A DNA stretch of 64,000 bases from Candidatus Kerfeldbacteria bacterium (GCA_016214565.1 JACROE010000002.1:119654-183653), one strand, 5' to 3'; positions 46,867 through 56,468 are shown, numbered from the stretch's first letter. Notes: generated by a model from the letters alone, not told the origin. A program made the numbers and translations.

Positions 46867-47187
46867 ATTAAATCATCTCATTGTATACCCGGGGACTGAA
46901 CACGTCAATGTGTAACTATATAGTCAGAAGTCTCTACTAAAATCCCGGTTTCTATTGGCATTTCTCGTGAATTATAGCAAAATAGACGCAAAATGGCAAG
47001 TTGCTTGCTTTTTCCCTTACATTTGATAGTATTTGTTGCATACCTCCTATATTTATTGGGGAGAGTTCATAATATTCTTACACCGAGCCGCGTAGAATTT
47101 TTACGCGGCGAGGAAAAGGAAAAACGCGTGCGAAGGCGGAATGACCGATGATAATCGGACACGAAGCCGATAGCACCGTTTGGACGC

Positions 47188-47263
47188 GCGCGCATAGCTC
47201 AGTTGGTAGAGCAGTGGCCTTTTAAGCCAACGGTCGGGGGTTCGAATCCCTCTGCGCGCACCA
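47188..47263 (+). tRNA. tRNA-Lys (TTT)
   Basis: GCGCGCA-TAGCTCAGTTGGTAGAGC...CT-TTT-AA...GGTTCGAATCC...TGCGCGC-A-CCA. Confidence 0.95.
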
Positions 47264-47441
47264 AACGAAGTGCAGGAGCAAGCAGAACGACACACCAATG
47301 TGTGTCGTGTAGGGATGAGAAAGCCGCAGCGATGCGCGAGTTCCCCGAGCCTGTCGAGGGGAGGCGAGCGCCGCGAGGCGGGGTCGACCGCAATTGCCGT
47401 CAGGCAATTGACGGGTGACCAAAATCCCTCTGCGCGCACCA
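47245..47441 (+). mobile_element. Mini-insertion bounded by a 19-bp duplication of the tRNA-Lys 3' end
   Basis: AATCCCTCTGCGCGCACCA at 47245-47263 and 47423-47441 flanking 159 bp of hairpin-rich DNA. Confidence 0.7.
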
Positions 47442-47451
47442 CCTCAAGAGT

Positions 47452-47477
47452 GCCGCGGTAATACCGCGGTATTTTTG
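47452..47477 (+). terminator. Terminator after the tRNA-Lys locus
   Basis: GCCGCGGTA/TACCGCGGT then ATTTTT. Confidence 0.65.
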
Positions 47478-47583
47478 TTTATTGCTAAACAGGTGGAAAA
47501 CATGTGTATGGCCCACGGCTTGATTTAGGGTAGCTTTCAGGATACACTGATAACCACCGAATAAACGCTTTATTCCCCTATCT

Positions 47584-48951
47584 ATGGCTAAAAAAGCCGC
47601 TGGTATTGAAAAATTACCACCACAAAACCTTGAGGCAGAACAGTCTGTTTTAGGGGCTTTATTGATTGATAAAGACGCAATTATCCGAGTAGCAGATATA
47701 GTTACCCCGGACGATTTTTACAAAGATGCCCATCGCGCTGTCTTTGAAGCTATGCTCACCCTCTACGAAAAGCGTGAACCAATTGATGTATTGTCACTTT
47801 CAAATCAACTCGAAAGCGAACACCGTCTCGAGGAAATTGGTGGCAGAAGTTACCTAGCATCACTGGCAAATGCCGTACCAACCGCCTCCCACGTCACTAA
47901 CTACGCACACATCGTTCAGAAGAAAGCAACCCTACGCCGGTTATTGACGGTCGCCTCTCGCATTACCGAGTACGGCTATGATGAATCAGAAAATATTGAA
48001 GAGCTGTTGGACAAGGCCGAACAGGCAATTTTCGGCGTTTCCCAAAAATACCTCAAGCAAAACTTTATTCCAATAAAATCAATTTTAACTGAAGCATTCG
48101 ATCGTATTGATGAATTGCATCGCGAAAGCGGCAAGCTCCGCGGTATTCCAACGGGCTATGCTGACCTCGACAACATATTGGCGGGCCTACAGAAATCAGA
48201 TCTGATTATTCTTGCAGCCCGGCCGTCAGTTGGTAAAACAACCCTGGCGCTGGACATTGTTCGACAAGTAGCGGTGAAATCAAAAGTTCCCGTTGGAATA
48301 TTCTCACTGGAAATGTCAAAAGAACAACTCATTGATCGTTTTCTTTGTGCCGAGGCGGGCGTTGATCTCTGGCGCATGCGGAGCGGAAAATTATCCTCTG
48401 ACGAGGACTTTACCAATATTGGCAATGCCATGGGTATCTTGTCCGAAGCGCCTATCTATATTGATGATTCGGCCTCAGCGAATATTATGGAAATCCGAAC
48501 TAAAGCACGTCGGCTACAATCGGAACACAATCTTGGCCTGATTGTCATTGATTATCTCCAACTTATGCAAGGTACGTCCGGTACTGATAACCGAGTACAG
48601 GAAATCAGTGAGATCACGCGTTCACTCAAAGCTATTGCCCGTGAACTGAACGTCCCCTTAATCGCCCTATCCCAGCTCTCGCGCGCTGTGGAGTCCCGCA
48701 CTCCCCCAATCCCGAAACTGGCTGACCTCCGTGAATCCGGATCAATCGAACAGGACGCCGACGTGGTACTTTTTATTTATCGCGAAGCGATCTACAAAAA
48801 AGATATTGACCCAGCGCGCAAACATGTGGCGGAAATCCACGTTGCGAAACATCGCAATGGTCCGACCGGTGAAATTCAACTATACTTCGACGAGAATCGA
48901 GTCAGCTTCCGCAATCTTGATCGCAAAACTAGCGATATCCCCGCCTTTTAA
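47584..48951 (+). CDS. dnaB: Replicative DNA helicase
   Basis: EAEQSVLG, AARPSVGKT, DYLQLM, DLRESGSIEQDAD. Confidence 0.98.
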   Translation: MAKKAAGIEKLPPQNLEAEQSVLGALLIDKDAIIRVADIVTPDDFYKDAHRAVFEAMLTLYEKREPIDVLSLSNQLESEHRLEEIGGRSYLASLANAVPTASHVTNYAHIVQKKATLRRLLTVASRITEYGYDESENIEELLDKAEQAIFGVSQKYLKQNFIPIKSILTEAFDRIDELHRESGKLRGIPTGYADLDNILAGLQKSDLIILAARPSVGKTTLALDIVRQVAVKSKVPVGIFSLEMSKEQLIDRFLCAEAGVDLWRMRSGKLSSDEDFTNIGNAMGILSEAPIYIDDSASANIMEIRTKARRLQSEHNLGLIVIDYLQLMQGTSGTDNRVQEISEITRSLKAIARELNVPLIALSQLSRAVESRTPPIPKLADLRESGSIEQDADVVLFIYREAIYKKDIDPARKHVAEIHVAKHRNGPTGEIQLYFDENRVSFRNLDRKTSDIPAF

Positions 48952-48964
48952 ACCCCATCTAAAA

Positions 48965-48996
48965 ACTACTCACTTATTAACTACCTACTACTTACT
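48965..48996. repeat. Short ACTnnnn heptamer-like repeat
   Basis: actactc acttatta actacct actactt act. Confidence 0.55.
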
Positions 48997-49000
48997 CCCC

Positions 49001-49297
49001 ATGTTCAATAAAATCAAAGAACTCAAACACTTACGCGACCAAGCGCATCAAATCAAAACAATGCTCAGCCAAGAAACGGTTCATACTGACGCCGCCCACG
49101 GCACTGTACAGCTCGTCATGGATGGTAATCAAGAAGTGCTCAGCATTGATATCAACCCCTCACTTCTCGCCCCTACTGAAAAAGAAAAACTGGAAACCGC
49201 GATACGTGAAGCAACGAATGACGCCATTAAAAAAGCGCAGCGTATTATGGCGGAAAAACTGAGGGGCATGGGTGGACTAAACATGCCTGGCATGTAA
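49001..49297 (+). CDS. YbaB/EbfC nucleoid-associated protein
   Basis: V.L.M.G.Q....I.I motif, position before recR. Confidence 0.88.
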   Translation: MFNKIKELKHLRDQAHQIKTMLSQETVHTDAAHGTVQLVMDGNQEVLSIDINPSLLAPTEKEKLETAIREATNDAIKKAQRIMAEKLRGMGGLNMPGM

Positions 49298-49301
49298 TTG
49301 C

Positions 49302-49910
49302 ATGAACACATATCCTGATTCTATAAAAAATGCGATTGCTGCGCTCTGCCACCTTCCGGGCTTGGGGCCAAAATCGGCTGAGCGACTCGTTTTTTATCTC
49401 ATAAAAAATGGTAATGGCATGGCGGACGATTTGATAAAGCACCTAACTGCCATCAAACGCGACATACAAGTGTGTAACATCTGCGGCAATATAGCTACCA
49501 CCAATCCCTGCACCCTTTGTACCGATCCAAAACGCGACCAGAGCACACTCTGTATCGTCGCCGAGCCGCAGGATATTATTATCATCGAAAAAACCGGTGA
49601 TTTTCGGGGACGCTACCATGTTCTGGGAGGATTATTGAATCCCGTGGACCAAATCACTCCCGAAAAACTTCGCATTCAGCAATTAGTGGATCGCGTCAAA
49701 AACAATAATCCAGCCTTCAAAGAAATTATTATTGCCACGAATCCGGATCTCGAGGGCGAAACCACCGCGCTGTATATTAAACGCCAGCTCCAAGAACTGT
49801 CAGTCGTAGTGACCCGCCTTGCGACCGGCTTACCCATGGGAGCCACGATTGAGTACGCCGATGAAGTAACTCTCTCCAGCGCCTTCAAAGGACGCCAACG
49901 GATGAATTAA
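49302..49910 (+). CDS. recR: Recombination mediator RecR
   Basis: LPG.G.KSA.R, C4 zinc finger, Toprim EGE.TA. Confidence 0.97.
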   Translation: MNTYPDSIKNAIAALCHLPGLGPKSAERLVFYLIKNGNGMADDLIKHLTAIKRDIQVCNICGNIATTNPCTLCTDPKRDQSTLCIVAEPQDIIIIEKTGDFRGRYHVLGGLLNPVDQITPEKLRIQQLVDRVKNNNPAFKEIIIATNPDLEGETTALYIKRQLQELSVVVTRLATGLPMGATIEYADEVTLSSAFKGRQRMN

Positions 49911-49930
49911 ACCATATTCAAAGATAAAAC

Positions 49931-49958
49931 AAAATGTCCCCGATATCGGGGACATTTT
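49931..49958. terminator. Bidirectional terminator between recR and rplU
   Basis: AAAATGTCCCCGAT/ATCGGGGACATTTT palindrome. Confidence 0.8.
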
Positions 49959-49970
49959 TTTGTATTGAAA

Positions 49971-50285
49971 TTAAGCGATAATTTTTTGAATCATCACCTG
50001 GGTCTGGAATTGGCGATGACCACGGGTACGTAAATACCGAACTTTATTCTTGAATTTTACCACCAAAATCTTCTTCGATTTCTTCTGGACCATAACCCGA
50101 CCCTCTACTTTCACATTCGGTAAGGTTGGCTTGCCAAATGAGGTGGTTTTTCCATCAGCATACAGCAAAACGTCTGGAAAAATAACGCTTCCCCCGACCG
50201 CTTCGGGTAATTTTTCGATTGTCAGCACCTGTTTCTCGTGAACGGGGTACTGCTTTCCTCCAGTGCGGATAATTGCGAATTTCAT
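49971..50285 (-). CDS. rplU: 50S ribosomal protein L21
   Basis: AII.TGGKQY, GHRQ. Confidence 0.96.
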   Translation of the reverse strand: MKFAIIRTGGKQYPVHEKQVLTIEKLPEAVGGSVIFPDVLLYADGKTTSFGKPTLPNVKVEGRVMVQKKSKKILVVKFKNKVRYLRTRGHRQFQTQVMIQKIIA

Positions 50286-50362
50286 AGGTTACGTAATGAT
50301 ATAGATATAATGCCGCACTGATTTCGGGCTATCAGTGGGTATACCCCATACTAGCAAAGCGG

Positions 50363-50845
50363 CTAATCCCTGTCAAAGGTGATACTGACGGTATCCCCGA
50401 TCTTCCAACCACGTGCCGCTGCACCGCCACTCGTAATCTCGAGTACATCAGTAGCGATAACCTGCGGGTTGATCAATTCCACTCCCGGTTGTGCTCGATG
50501 TTCAATATGTACAATAGCCCCCTCATTAATCCAAATAATGTCCAAAGGAATCTTGGTATCCCGCATAGTGAAGATATATTGTCCGGCTACGGTAAAGGTA
50601 AAGAGCATCCCCTTCTCATATGGCAAATAGTTCCGGTGGGACAAGCCGGTCTGCTGAGTCTGAGACGTCCGCGCGATCTCTACCAATACCCGATCATCAC
50701 CAATTTGTACTACGCCAGTTTCATCGCGCAGCCGATGCCAATAATATGGCGCCATTGACAAAGCTCGATCGCCGCCGACTGACCACAGCGTGATACCAAG
50801 AACGATAGCTATTAATATAAAGATCCATAAACTTCGACGATTCAT
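50363..50845 (-). CDS. DUF192-family protein
   Basis: EIA.T.....GL..R, GMLF, M.DT.IPLDII, VLEI..G. Confidence 0.88.
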   Translation of the reverse strand: MNRRSLWIFILIAIVLGITLWSVGGDRALSMAPYYWHRLRDETGVVQIGDDRVLVEIARTSQTQQTGLSHRNYLPYEKGMLFTFTVAGQYIFTMRDTKIPLDIIWINEGAIVHIEHRAQPGVELINPQVIATDVLEITSGGAAARGWKIGDTVSITFDRD

Positions 50846-51963
50846 ACGGTCTCCCCTTTCTCCCGGCGATGATACCGGGCGACGATTAATGCAATAAGCA
50901 AAAGCATGACCGCCGCGAGTACCAACAAAGCGGTTAATTTCTGCTCGCTGTTGCTGATAAACACAGCTGCTCCCCCAAAAACGATAGAGAGAGCGTACAG
51001 GCTTACTACTGCCAGCCGCGGTGACATACCGATATCCAGTAAACGAAAATGTAAATGCGAAAGATCAGCGGTGCGAAACGGCGATGCTCCGCGCCACAGG
51101 CGCCGGACGATTACCCACGCTACATCCAGGATAGGAATGCCCATGACGAGCATGGCGGTGGCAATTTTCGCTCCAGAAATTATCGCCAGCACGCCCAACA
51201 TAAAACCAGTCAAGACGCTCCCCCCCTCGCCCAGATAGATGCGGGCGGGATGAAAATTAAAAATGAGGAAGCCAGCACAGGCGCCAGCTAAAATAACGGC
51301 AAGGAGCGCAGTTTCCGGTTGCGCCACATCCTGATGAATACTGAGAAAGAAAAGCACACAGGCTCCGATCGTCGTAATACCAGAAACTAAACCATCCAAT
51401 CCATCTAAAAACTTCGTAGTGTACATCATGCCCATCAACCAAACGAAAGCAAAGAGGTCAGCGAGCACCACAAAATAATACGGGATATGACTAATAGAAA
51501 AGAGTTGCAACTTAATAGTATCGAGCGCGACAGTGCCGCCAAAGGGATTGGTAATATAGGTGACACCAATACCCGATCCAATTACAATTAAACACGCCAA
51601 AACCGGCCAAATAATTTGCTTACCGGGTGTCAGATGAAATCGATCATCGAGATAGCCACCGATCATAAGTAGTAACCCGGCCACCGCCATGCCGATCAAA
51701 TATTTTGGCAGCATATACCCACCCAAAACCCGATCGGTAAAAAACGCATAGCCGCCCACTACTAATAGTAACGTACAAAAAATAGCAACACCACCAAGCA
51801 AGGGGACGGGTTGCGATTGTCGCTTACGATCAGGTGCTTCCTCCGGACGATCAACGATGCCACGCCGTATCGCGAACCGCCGTACCACCACGGTGCAGAG
51901 CATCGAGACGGCACAGGCTACACCAAAAGGAATGATATATGCATTAATACTCAGCAGGTCCAT
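50842..51963 (-). CDS. Glycosyltransferase family 4 (WecA/TagO-like polyprenyl-phosphate sugar-1-phosphate transferase)
   Basis: P..GG.AI, G.LDD, DGLDGL, NF.PA.I..G..G, HLH..L. Confidence 0.9.
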   Translation of the reverse strand: MDLLSINAYIIPFGVACAVSMLCTVVVRRFAIRRGIVDRPEEAPDRKRQSQPVPLLGGVAIFCTLLLVVGGYAFFTDRVLGGYMLPKYLIGMAVAGLLLMIGGYLDDRFHLTPGKQIIWPVLACLIVIGSGIGVTYITNPFGGTVALDTIKLQLFSISHIPYYFVVLADLFAFVWLMGMMYTTKFLDGLDGLVSGITTIGACVLFFLSIHQDVAQPETALLAVILAGACAGFLIFNFHPARIYLGEGGSVLTGFMLGVLAIISGAKIATAMLVMGIPILDVAWVIVRRLWRGASPFRTADLSHLHFRLLDIGMSPRLAVVSLYALSIVFGGAAVFISNSEQKLTALLVLAAVMLLLIALIVARYHRREKGETV

Positions 51964-52369
51964 AGGTTCGCTCAAGATATGTTTGTAATATTTCCTGGGC
52001 AGCAATTGCATCCAATGCTCCCCGCGATGTACGCGTCGTGGTATGCGTCTGCATCCGCTGCTGCGATATACGTGAAGTCATCCGTTCATCTTGGTAAGCA
52101 ATAGAGTGGTGACTTACTTGCCCCAGCTGCTCGCCAAACTGACGCACACGACCGGCCATTAAACCTTCATCGCCGTTCTGATCAAGCGGTAAACCTATCA
52201 CCACCCCATCAATATCCTCGGAGTCAATCAATTGCTTGAGCTGGCGCACTGCATCCGCATCATGAGTCACCGACAGTATCGTATGGGGAAATGCCGAATG
52301 TTTTGCTTCATCAGACAGCGCCGTGCCGATTCGTTTGGTGCCATAATCAATACCTAATACTCGTCCCAT
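51944..52369 (-). CDS. ruvX: RuvX/YqgF nuclease
   Basis: LGIDYG.KRIG.A.SD, DER.TS, D..AA..IL. Confidence 0.93.
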   Translation of the reverse strand: MGRVLGIDYGTKRIGTALSDEAKHSAFPHTILSVTHDADAVRQLKQLIDSEDIDGVVIGLPLDQNGDEGLMAGRVRQFGEQLGQVSHHSIAYQDERMTSRISQQRMQTHTTTRTSRGALDAIAAQEILQTYLERTYGPAEY

Positions 52370-52373
52370 AAGC

Positions 52374-53120
52374 TTAAGCGCGGGTTAAAATCTCTGGATC
52401 ACCATCAGTAATAGCGACGGTATGCTCAAAATGCGCTGACCAAGCTCCATCATGCGTAACAATTGTCCACCCATCAGGCATAGTCTCAACCGCTGCACTC
52501 CCGAGATTGAGCATGGGCTCAATGGCAATCACTAATCCAGGAATAAGCTGAACGCCCGTACCGGCTTTGCCGAAATTCGGCACCTGGGGAGGCTCGTGCA
52601 CCTGATATCCGACACCATGCCCCACCAGCTGTCGTACCACAGAAAAACCAAATCCCTCCGCATACTGCTGCACGGCATAACCAATATCTCCAGTTGTACT
52701 ACCTGCGCGAGCCGCACGGATACCTTCATACAACGAAGCACGGGTAACTTCTAATAATTTTGCAACCTCCGGATCAAGCGTACCTGCACCCACGGTCACG
52801 GCCATATCCGTAAATAATTTCTGATACACCAAACCAAGATCCACGCTCACGATATCGCCCGGCTGTATCACGGTCTGCTGGCGAGGAATGCCATGCACCA
52901 CTTGCTCATTTACCGAAATGCAAGCAACGTTTGGATACCCATTATAACCAAGAAAAGCTGGCGTCGCATCGTACCGTTTGATTTCTCGTGCCGCAATTGT
53001 ATCCAATTCCAGCGCCGTCACGCCCGGACGCACCGCATCCGCGACAATCTGAACCACCGCAGCCAGCCGCTTCCCACCCTCGCGCAAAACTGCAATTTCC
53101 TGCGGTGATTTTATCTTCAT
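52374..53120 (-). CDS. map: Methionine aminopeptidase type I
   Basis: S.NE.VVHGIP, GHG.G, AIEPM, AHFEHT. Confidence 0.97.
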   Translation of the reverse strand: MKIKSPQEIAVLREGGKRLAAVVQIVADAVRPGVTALELDTIAAREIKRYDATPAFLGYNGYPNVACISVNEQVVHGIPRQQTVIQPGDIVSVDLGLVYQKLFTDMAVTVGAGTLDPEVAKLLEVTRASLYEGIRAARAGSTTGDIGYAVQQYAEGFGFSVVRQLVGHGVGYQVHEPPQVPNFGKAGTGVQLIPGLVIAIEPMLNLGSAAVETMPDGWTIVTHDGAWSAHFEHTVAITDGDPEILTRA

Positions 53121-53124
53121 GAAT

Positions 53125-53691
53125 TTATTTGAAACGAGTTAAGATAGCTCGAGTTACCTCGGGGATTGTTGGTTCGCCGTTAACGGTCGCCAATACGCCT
53201 CGTCGGCGGTAGTGATCTATCACGGGCTTAGTTTTTTTACGATAGGTCGCCAGACGCTTGGTAATAGCCGCCGGCGTATCGTCTACCCGACCACGTCTCG
53301 CCAAACGAGCGATCGTAGTACGCGTAGAAATCGGAAGATAAAAAGCATGAGTAATTGTTCGACCCGAACTGCGTAAAATGCGATCAAGCGCAGTTGCCTG
53401 AACCTGATTGCGAGGAAAGCCATCGAAGAGAATCCCAGCTGATCGAGGAATTTGAGTTAGGGCTCGTTGCAAAATTGCCAATACAAGTGTCGTTGGCACT
53501 AATCCTTTCCCTTCGTTCATGATCTGTTGGACGCGTCGTGCCTGAGAATGACGCGATGCTGCAAATGAGCGCAAGAGTGCGCCCATATCAATATGGCGCA
53601 GCTTGAACCGACGAGCAAGCGCTTCGGCTTGAGTGCCTTTGCCGGAACCCTGGGGCCCGAGAATAATAATGATATACGGTTGTTTGTTCAT
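53125..53691 (-). CDS. adk: Adenylate kinase (short LID)
   Basis: GPQGSGKGTQ, DGFPR, R.DD. Confidence 0.92.
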   Translation of the reverse strand: MNKQPYIIIILGPQGSGKGTQAEALARRFKLRHIDMGALLRSFAASRHSQARRVQQIMNEGKGLVPTTLVLAILQRALTQIPRSAGILFDGFPRNQVQATALDRILRSSGRTITHAFYLPISTRTTIARLARRGRVDDTPAAITKRLATYRKKTKPVIDHYRRRGVLATVNGEPTIPEVTRAILTRFK

Positions 53692-53776
53692 AGTAATGCC
53701 TCACTAGTATACTCAAATTCACATAAAAAAACGAGCCAGGCTCGTCTCCGATTCATATCAGACTCCCCAGTAAGCA

Positions 53777-55051
53777 CTAAAAACCCTCGTAATTTCGCAT
53801 TACCAGCTGGGACTCAACCTGTTTAACAATCTCGATGACCACCGAAACGACGATGAGCAGCCCGGTGCCGCCAATAACCAACGATTTCACGGACGTCGTT
53901 GCCTGAATGATATTTGGTAAAATCGCAATGATACCGAGGAATAATGCACCGCCTAAAATAATACGATTACTCACGTAGCTCAGGAAATCAGCGGTTGGAT
54001 TTCCTGGTCGAATGCCCGGAATAAAGCCGCCCTGTTTCTGTAAATTTTCTGCGATTTGCTGCGGGTGAAAAATAACTGCAGTATAAAAATAAGAAAACGC
54101 CACCACCAACACAAAATACAATGCCGCATAGAGAACCTGATTAGCAAACAAATCAACGATAAAAGCGGCTCCGCTGGCAAGCCAGCCAATCGATGAATTG
54201 ATAAAAAACTGCGCTATCATGGGCGGAAATAAAACAATCGAAACAGCGAATATAATTGGAATAACGCCAGCTTGATTGACCCGTAATGGCAAGTGAGTAT
54301 CAACACCGCCATACATGCGCATGCCGCGGATACGCTTCGCATACGATACGGGGATGTTTCGTTTGCCTTCTGTCACAATAACCACGGCGGCAATCGTGAC
54401 TAGCCCGACAAGCAGAAATGCAATGTAAAGCGGTATTTGAGACGAATCAAATGTAGCAATAGTCTGCTGAAGTGACGTCGGAACGCGAGAAACGATGCCA
54501 GCAAAAATAATCAATGAAATGCCGTTACCAATTTGTTTTTCAGTAATCAGCTCACCTATCCACATCAAGAAGATAGTACCAGCGGTAATGGTAATCAAGG
54601 TGATTACTAATTGAAAACCACTGACGTCAGTTAAAATACCCTGACCCGATTGGCGCAAAAAAGTAATCATGCCATAGCCAGACATGGCTGCGAGCGGTAC
54701 AGTCAGCAATCGCTGATACTGATTCAGTTTGGCACGCCCAGCTTCGCCTTCCTTCTGCATCTCTTCCAGCTTTGGGATAACCATGGTTAAAAGCTGGAAA
54801 ATAATAGAAGCAGTGATGTATGGCGCGATGCCCAACATAACTACTGAAAAATTCTCCATGCCGCCACCCGAAAAAATATTTAATAAACCAAGTAGTTGAT
54901 TGCTAGAAAAAAGATTCTTCAGGTTCTCTATGTCCACACCGGGAATAGGGATATGGGCGACCACACGAAAAATAATCAACATTCCCAAAACAAAGAGAAT
55001 CTTATTGCGTAATTCCTTTATTTTCCAAATTTGTCTCAGTTTTTCCCACAT
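53777..55051 (-). CDS. secY: Preprotein translocase SecY
   Basis: LGI.PYITASII, GNG.S..IF.GI, IPG.RPG. Confidence 0.98.
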   Translation of the reverse strand: MWEKLRQIWKIKELRNKILFVLGMLIIFRVVAHIPIPGVDIENLKNLFSSNQLLGLLNIFSGGGMENFSVVMLGIAPYITASIIFQLLTMVIPKLEEMQKEGEAGRAKLNQYQRLLTVPLAAMSGYGMITFLRQSGQGILTDVSGFQLVITLITITAGTIFLMWIGELITEKQIGNGISLIIFAGIVSRVPTSLQQTIATFDSSQIPLYIAFLLVGLVTIAAVVIVTEGKRNIPVSYAKRIRGMRMYGGVDTHLPLRVNQAGVIPIIFAVSIVLFPPMIAQFFINSSIGWLASGAAFIVDLFANQVLYAALYFVLVVAFSYFYTAVIFHPQQIAENLQKQGGFIPGIRPGNPTADFLSYVSNRIILGGALFLGIIAILPNIIQATTSVKSLVIGGTGLLIVVSVVIEIVKQVESQLVMRNYEGF

Positions 55052-55059
55052 AGCGATAA

Positions 55060-55560
55060 TCAGGCTTTTGCGGCGGCTGCCTTCCGTTTCGCTGCTTGTT
55101 TATAGGGAATTGATTTTTCTAATGAAATAATCGTGGCAGTGCCACCGGCAGCGGTAATAGCAGTACGGGCAGTTTCTGAAAAAGCATGCGCCCGTACAGT
55201 CAATTTCTTGTCGAGCTTACCGGCACCTAATATTTTAATCAATTTATTGGTTTTCGTCAGGTCCTGCTTATGCATCCGTTCTGGGGTTACTACGCTTCCA
55301 TCGGCAAATACGCGATTCAAATCAAGAATATTAACCGTGCTAAACACGGTGTGAGGACTGCGGAAACCACGAAGTTTAGGAATTTGCTGCAAAAATTGTT
55401 TCACGCCACGGCGCTGCAATCCTGAACGGCCACCGGAACGTGCACGCTGGCCTTTATTGCCACGACCGGCATAGGTCCCCTTACCCGACCCTGGACCGCG
55501 TCCCACCCGTTTGGCTGTGCGATAGGGTGCTGCTTGCAAATGTGATAACGATAATGCCAT
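55060..55560 (-). CDS. rplO: 50S ribosomal protein L15
   Basis: RVGRG.GSG.G...GRG.KGQ.ARSG. Confidence 0.97.
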   Translation of the reverse strand: MALSLSHLQAAPYRTAKRVGRGPGSGKGTYAGRGNKGQRARSGGRSGLQRRGVKQFLQQIPKLRGFRSPHTVFSTVNILDLNRVFADGSVVTPERMHKQDLTKTNKLIKILGAGKLDKKLTVRAHAFSETARTAITAAGGTATIISLEKSIPYKQAAKRKAAAAKA

Positions 55561-55569
55561 ACAAAAAAA

Positions 55570-56085
55570 TTATGAACGAAGTGCTTTAATAAATTTCATG
55601 TCTTTCAGTTTTTCCAGGGCAATCAAGGTTGCCTTAATATTATTAGCCTTATTCTTTGACCCAAGCATCTTTGAAACGACATTCTTGACACCGGCTAATT
55701 CGAGGACGGCGCGTACCGCGCCACCGGCTAAGATACCGGTGCCTTTCGGCGCTGGCTTCAACAAGACGTGCGCACCACCATAATACTCCTCGATGCGATG
55801 CGGAATGGTATCATTGATGATGGTAACTCGAATTAAATTTTTCTTTGCCGCGGCCACTGCTTTATTGATTGCAATGGATACATCGGCGCCTTTGCGAAGA
55901 CCCATGGCCACTCGGCCTTTACGGTCACCAATGACGACGCAAGCACGAAAATTCATGCGTTTGCCACCAGCCATCACGCGGGTCACCCGAGCGACTTCAA
56001 TCATCTTCTGATCAAATTCTTTTTCGACTCGCTCATTGCCACGAGTACGTGGTCGGCGTTCTTTGCGTTGTTCTTGTGGTGTCAT
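55570..56085 (-). CDS. rpsE: 30S ribosomal protein S5
   Basis: RV.....GG....F, PA..GTG..AGG. Confidence 0.97.
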   Translation of the reverse strand: MTPQEQRKERRPRTRGNERVEKEFDQKMIEVARVTRVMAGGKRMNFRACVVIGDRKGRVAMGLRKGADVSIAINKAVAAAKKNLIRVTIINDTIPHRIEEYYGGAHVLLKPAPKGTGILAGGAVRAVLELAGVKNVVSKMLGSKNKANNIKATLIALEKLKDMKFIKALRS

Positions 56086-56091
56086 ATAGGG

Positions 56092-56454
56092 TTAAAACAT
56101 TAATCCTTTCGCGCGCATGCCGTCTGCCAGGGCTTTTACTCGACCATGGTAGGCATGTGAGCCTCGATCAAAAATAACGGTGGTAATGCCTGCTTTTTGC
56201 GCGGCGGCCGCAACTGCTTCACCGACGGCTCGGGCTACATCCGTTTTAGTCTGGCCTTTGCTGCGTTTGATTTTTACGTCTGAGGCGGCTGCCAGTGTCT
56301 TGCCGTTCTGGTCATCAATGAGCTGTACGCTGATATGTTTCAGGCTGCGCTTCACTGACGCCCGCGGCCGCTCTGCCGTGCCAGAGATCTTAGCCCGGAC
56401 CCGCAGTGCTCGGGCGGTGCGTTTAAAAAGATTTTTTTTGCGAATATCTACCAT
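56092..56454 (-). CDS. rplR: 50S ribosomal protein L18
   Basis: FDR....YHGRV..LA. Confidence 0.97.
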   Translation of the reverse strand: MVDIRKKNLFKRTARALRVRAKISGTAERPRASVKRSLKHISVQLIDDQNGKTLAAASDVKIKRSKGQTKTDVARAVGEAVAAAAQKAGITTVIFDRGSHAYHGRVKALADGMRAKGLMF

Positions 56455-56468
56455 ACAATTATTATTGG

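Noticed and set aside
47101-47461. Several 63-113 aa ORFs across the tRNA-Lys locus
   Set aside because: They overlap the tRNA and GC-rich hairpins and have no plausible protein features.
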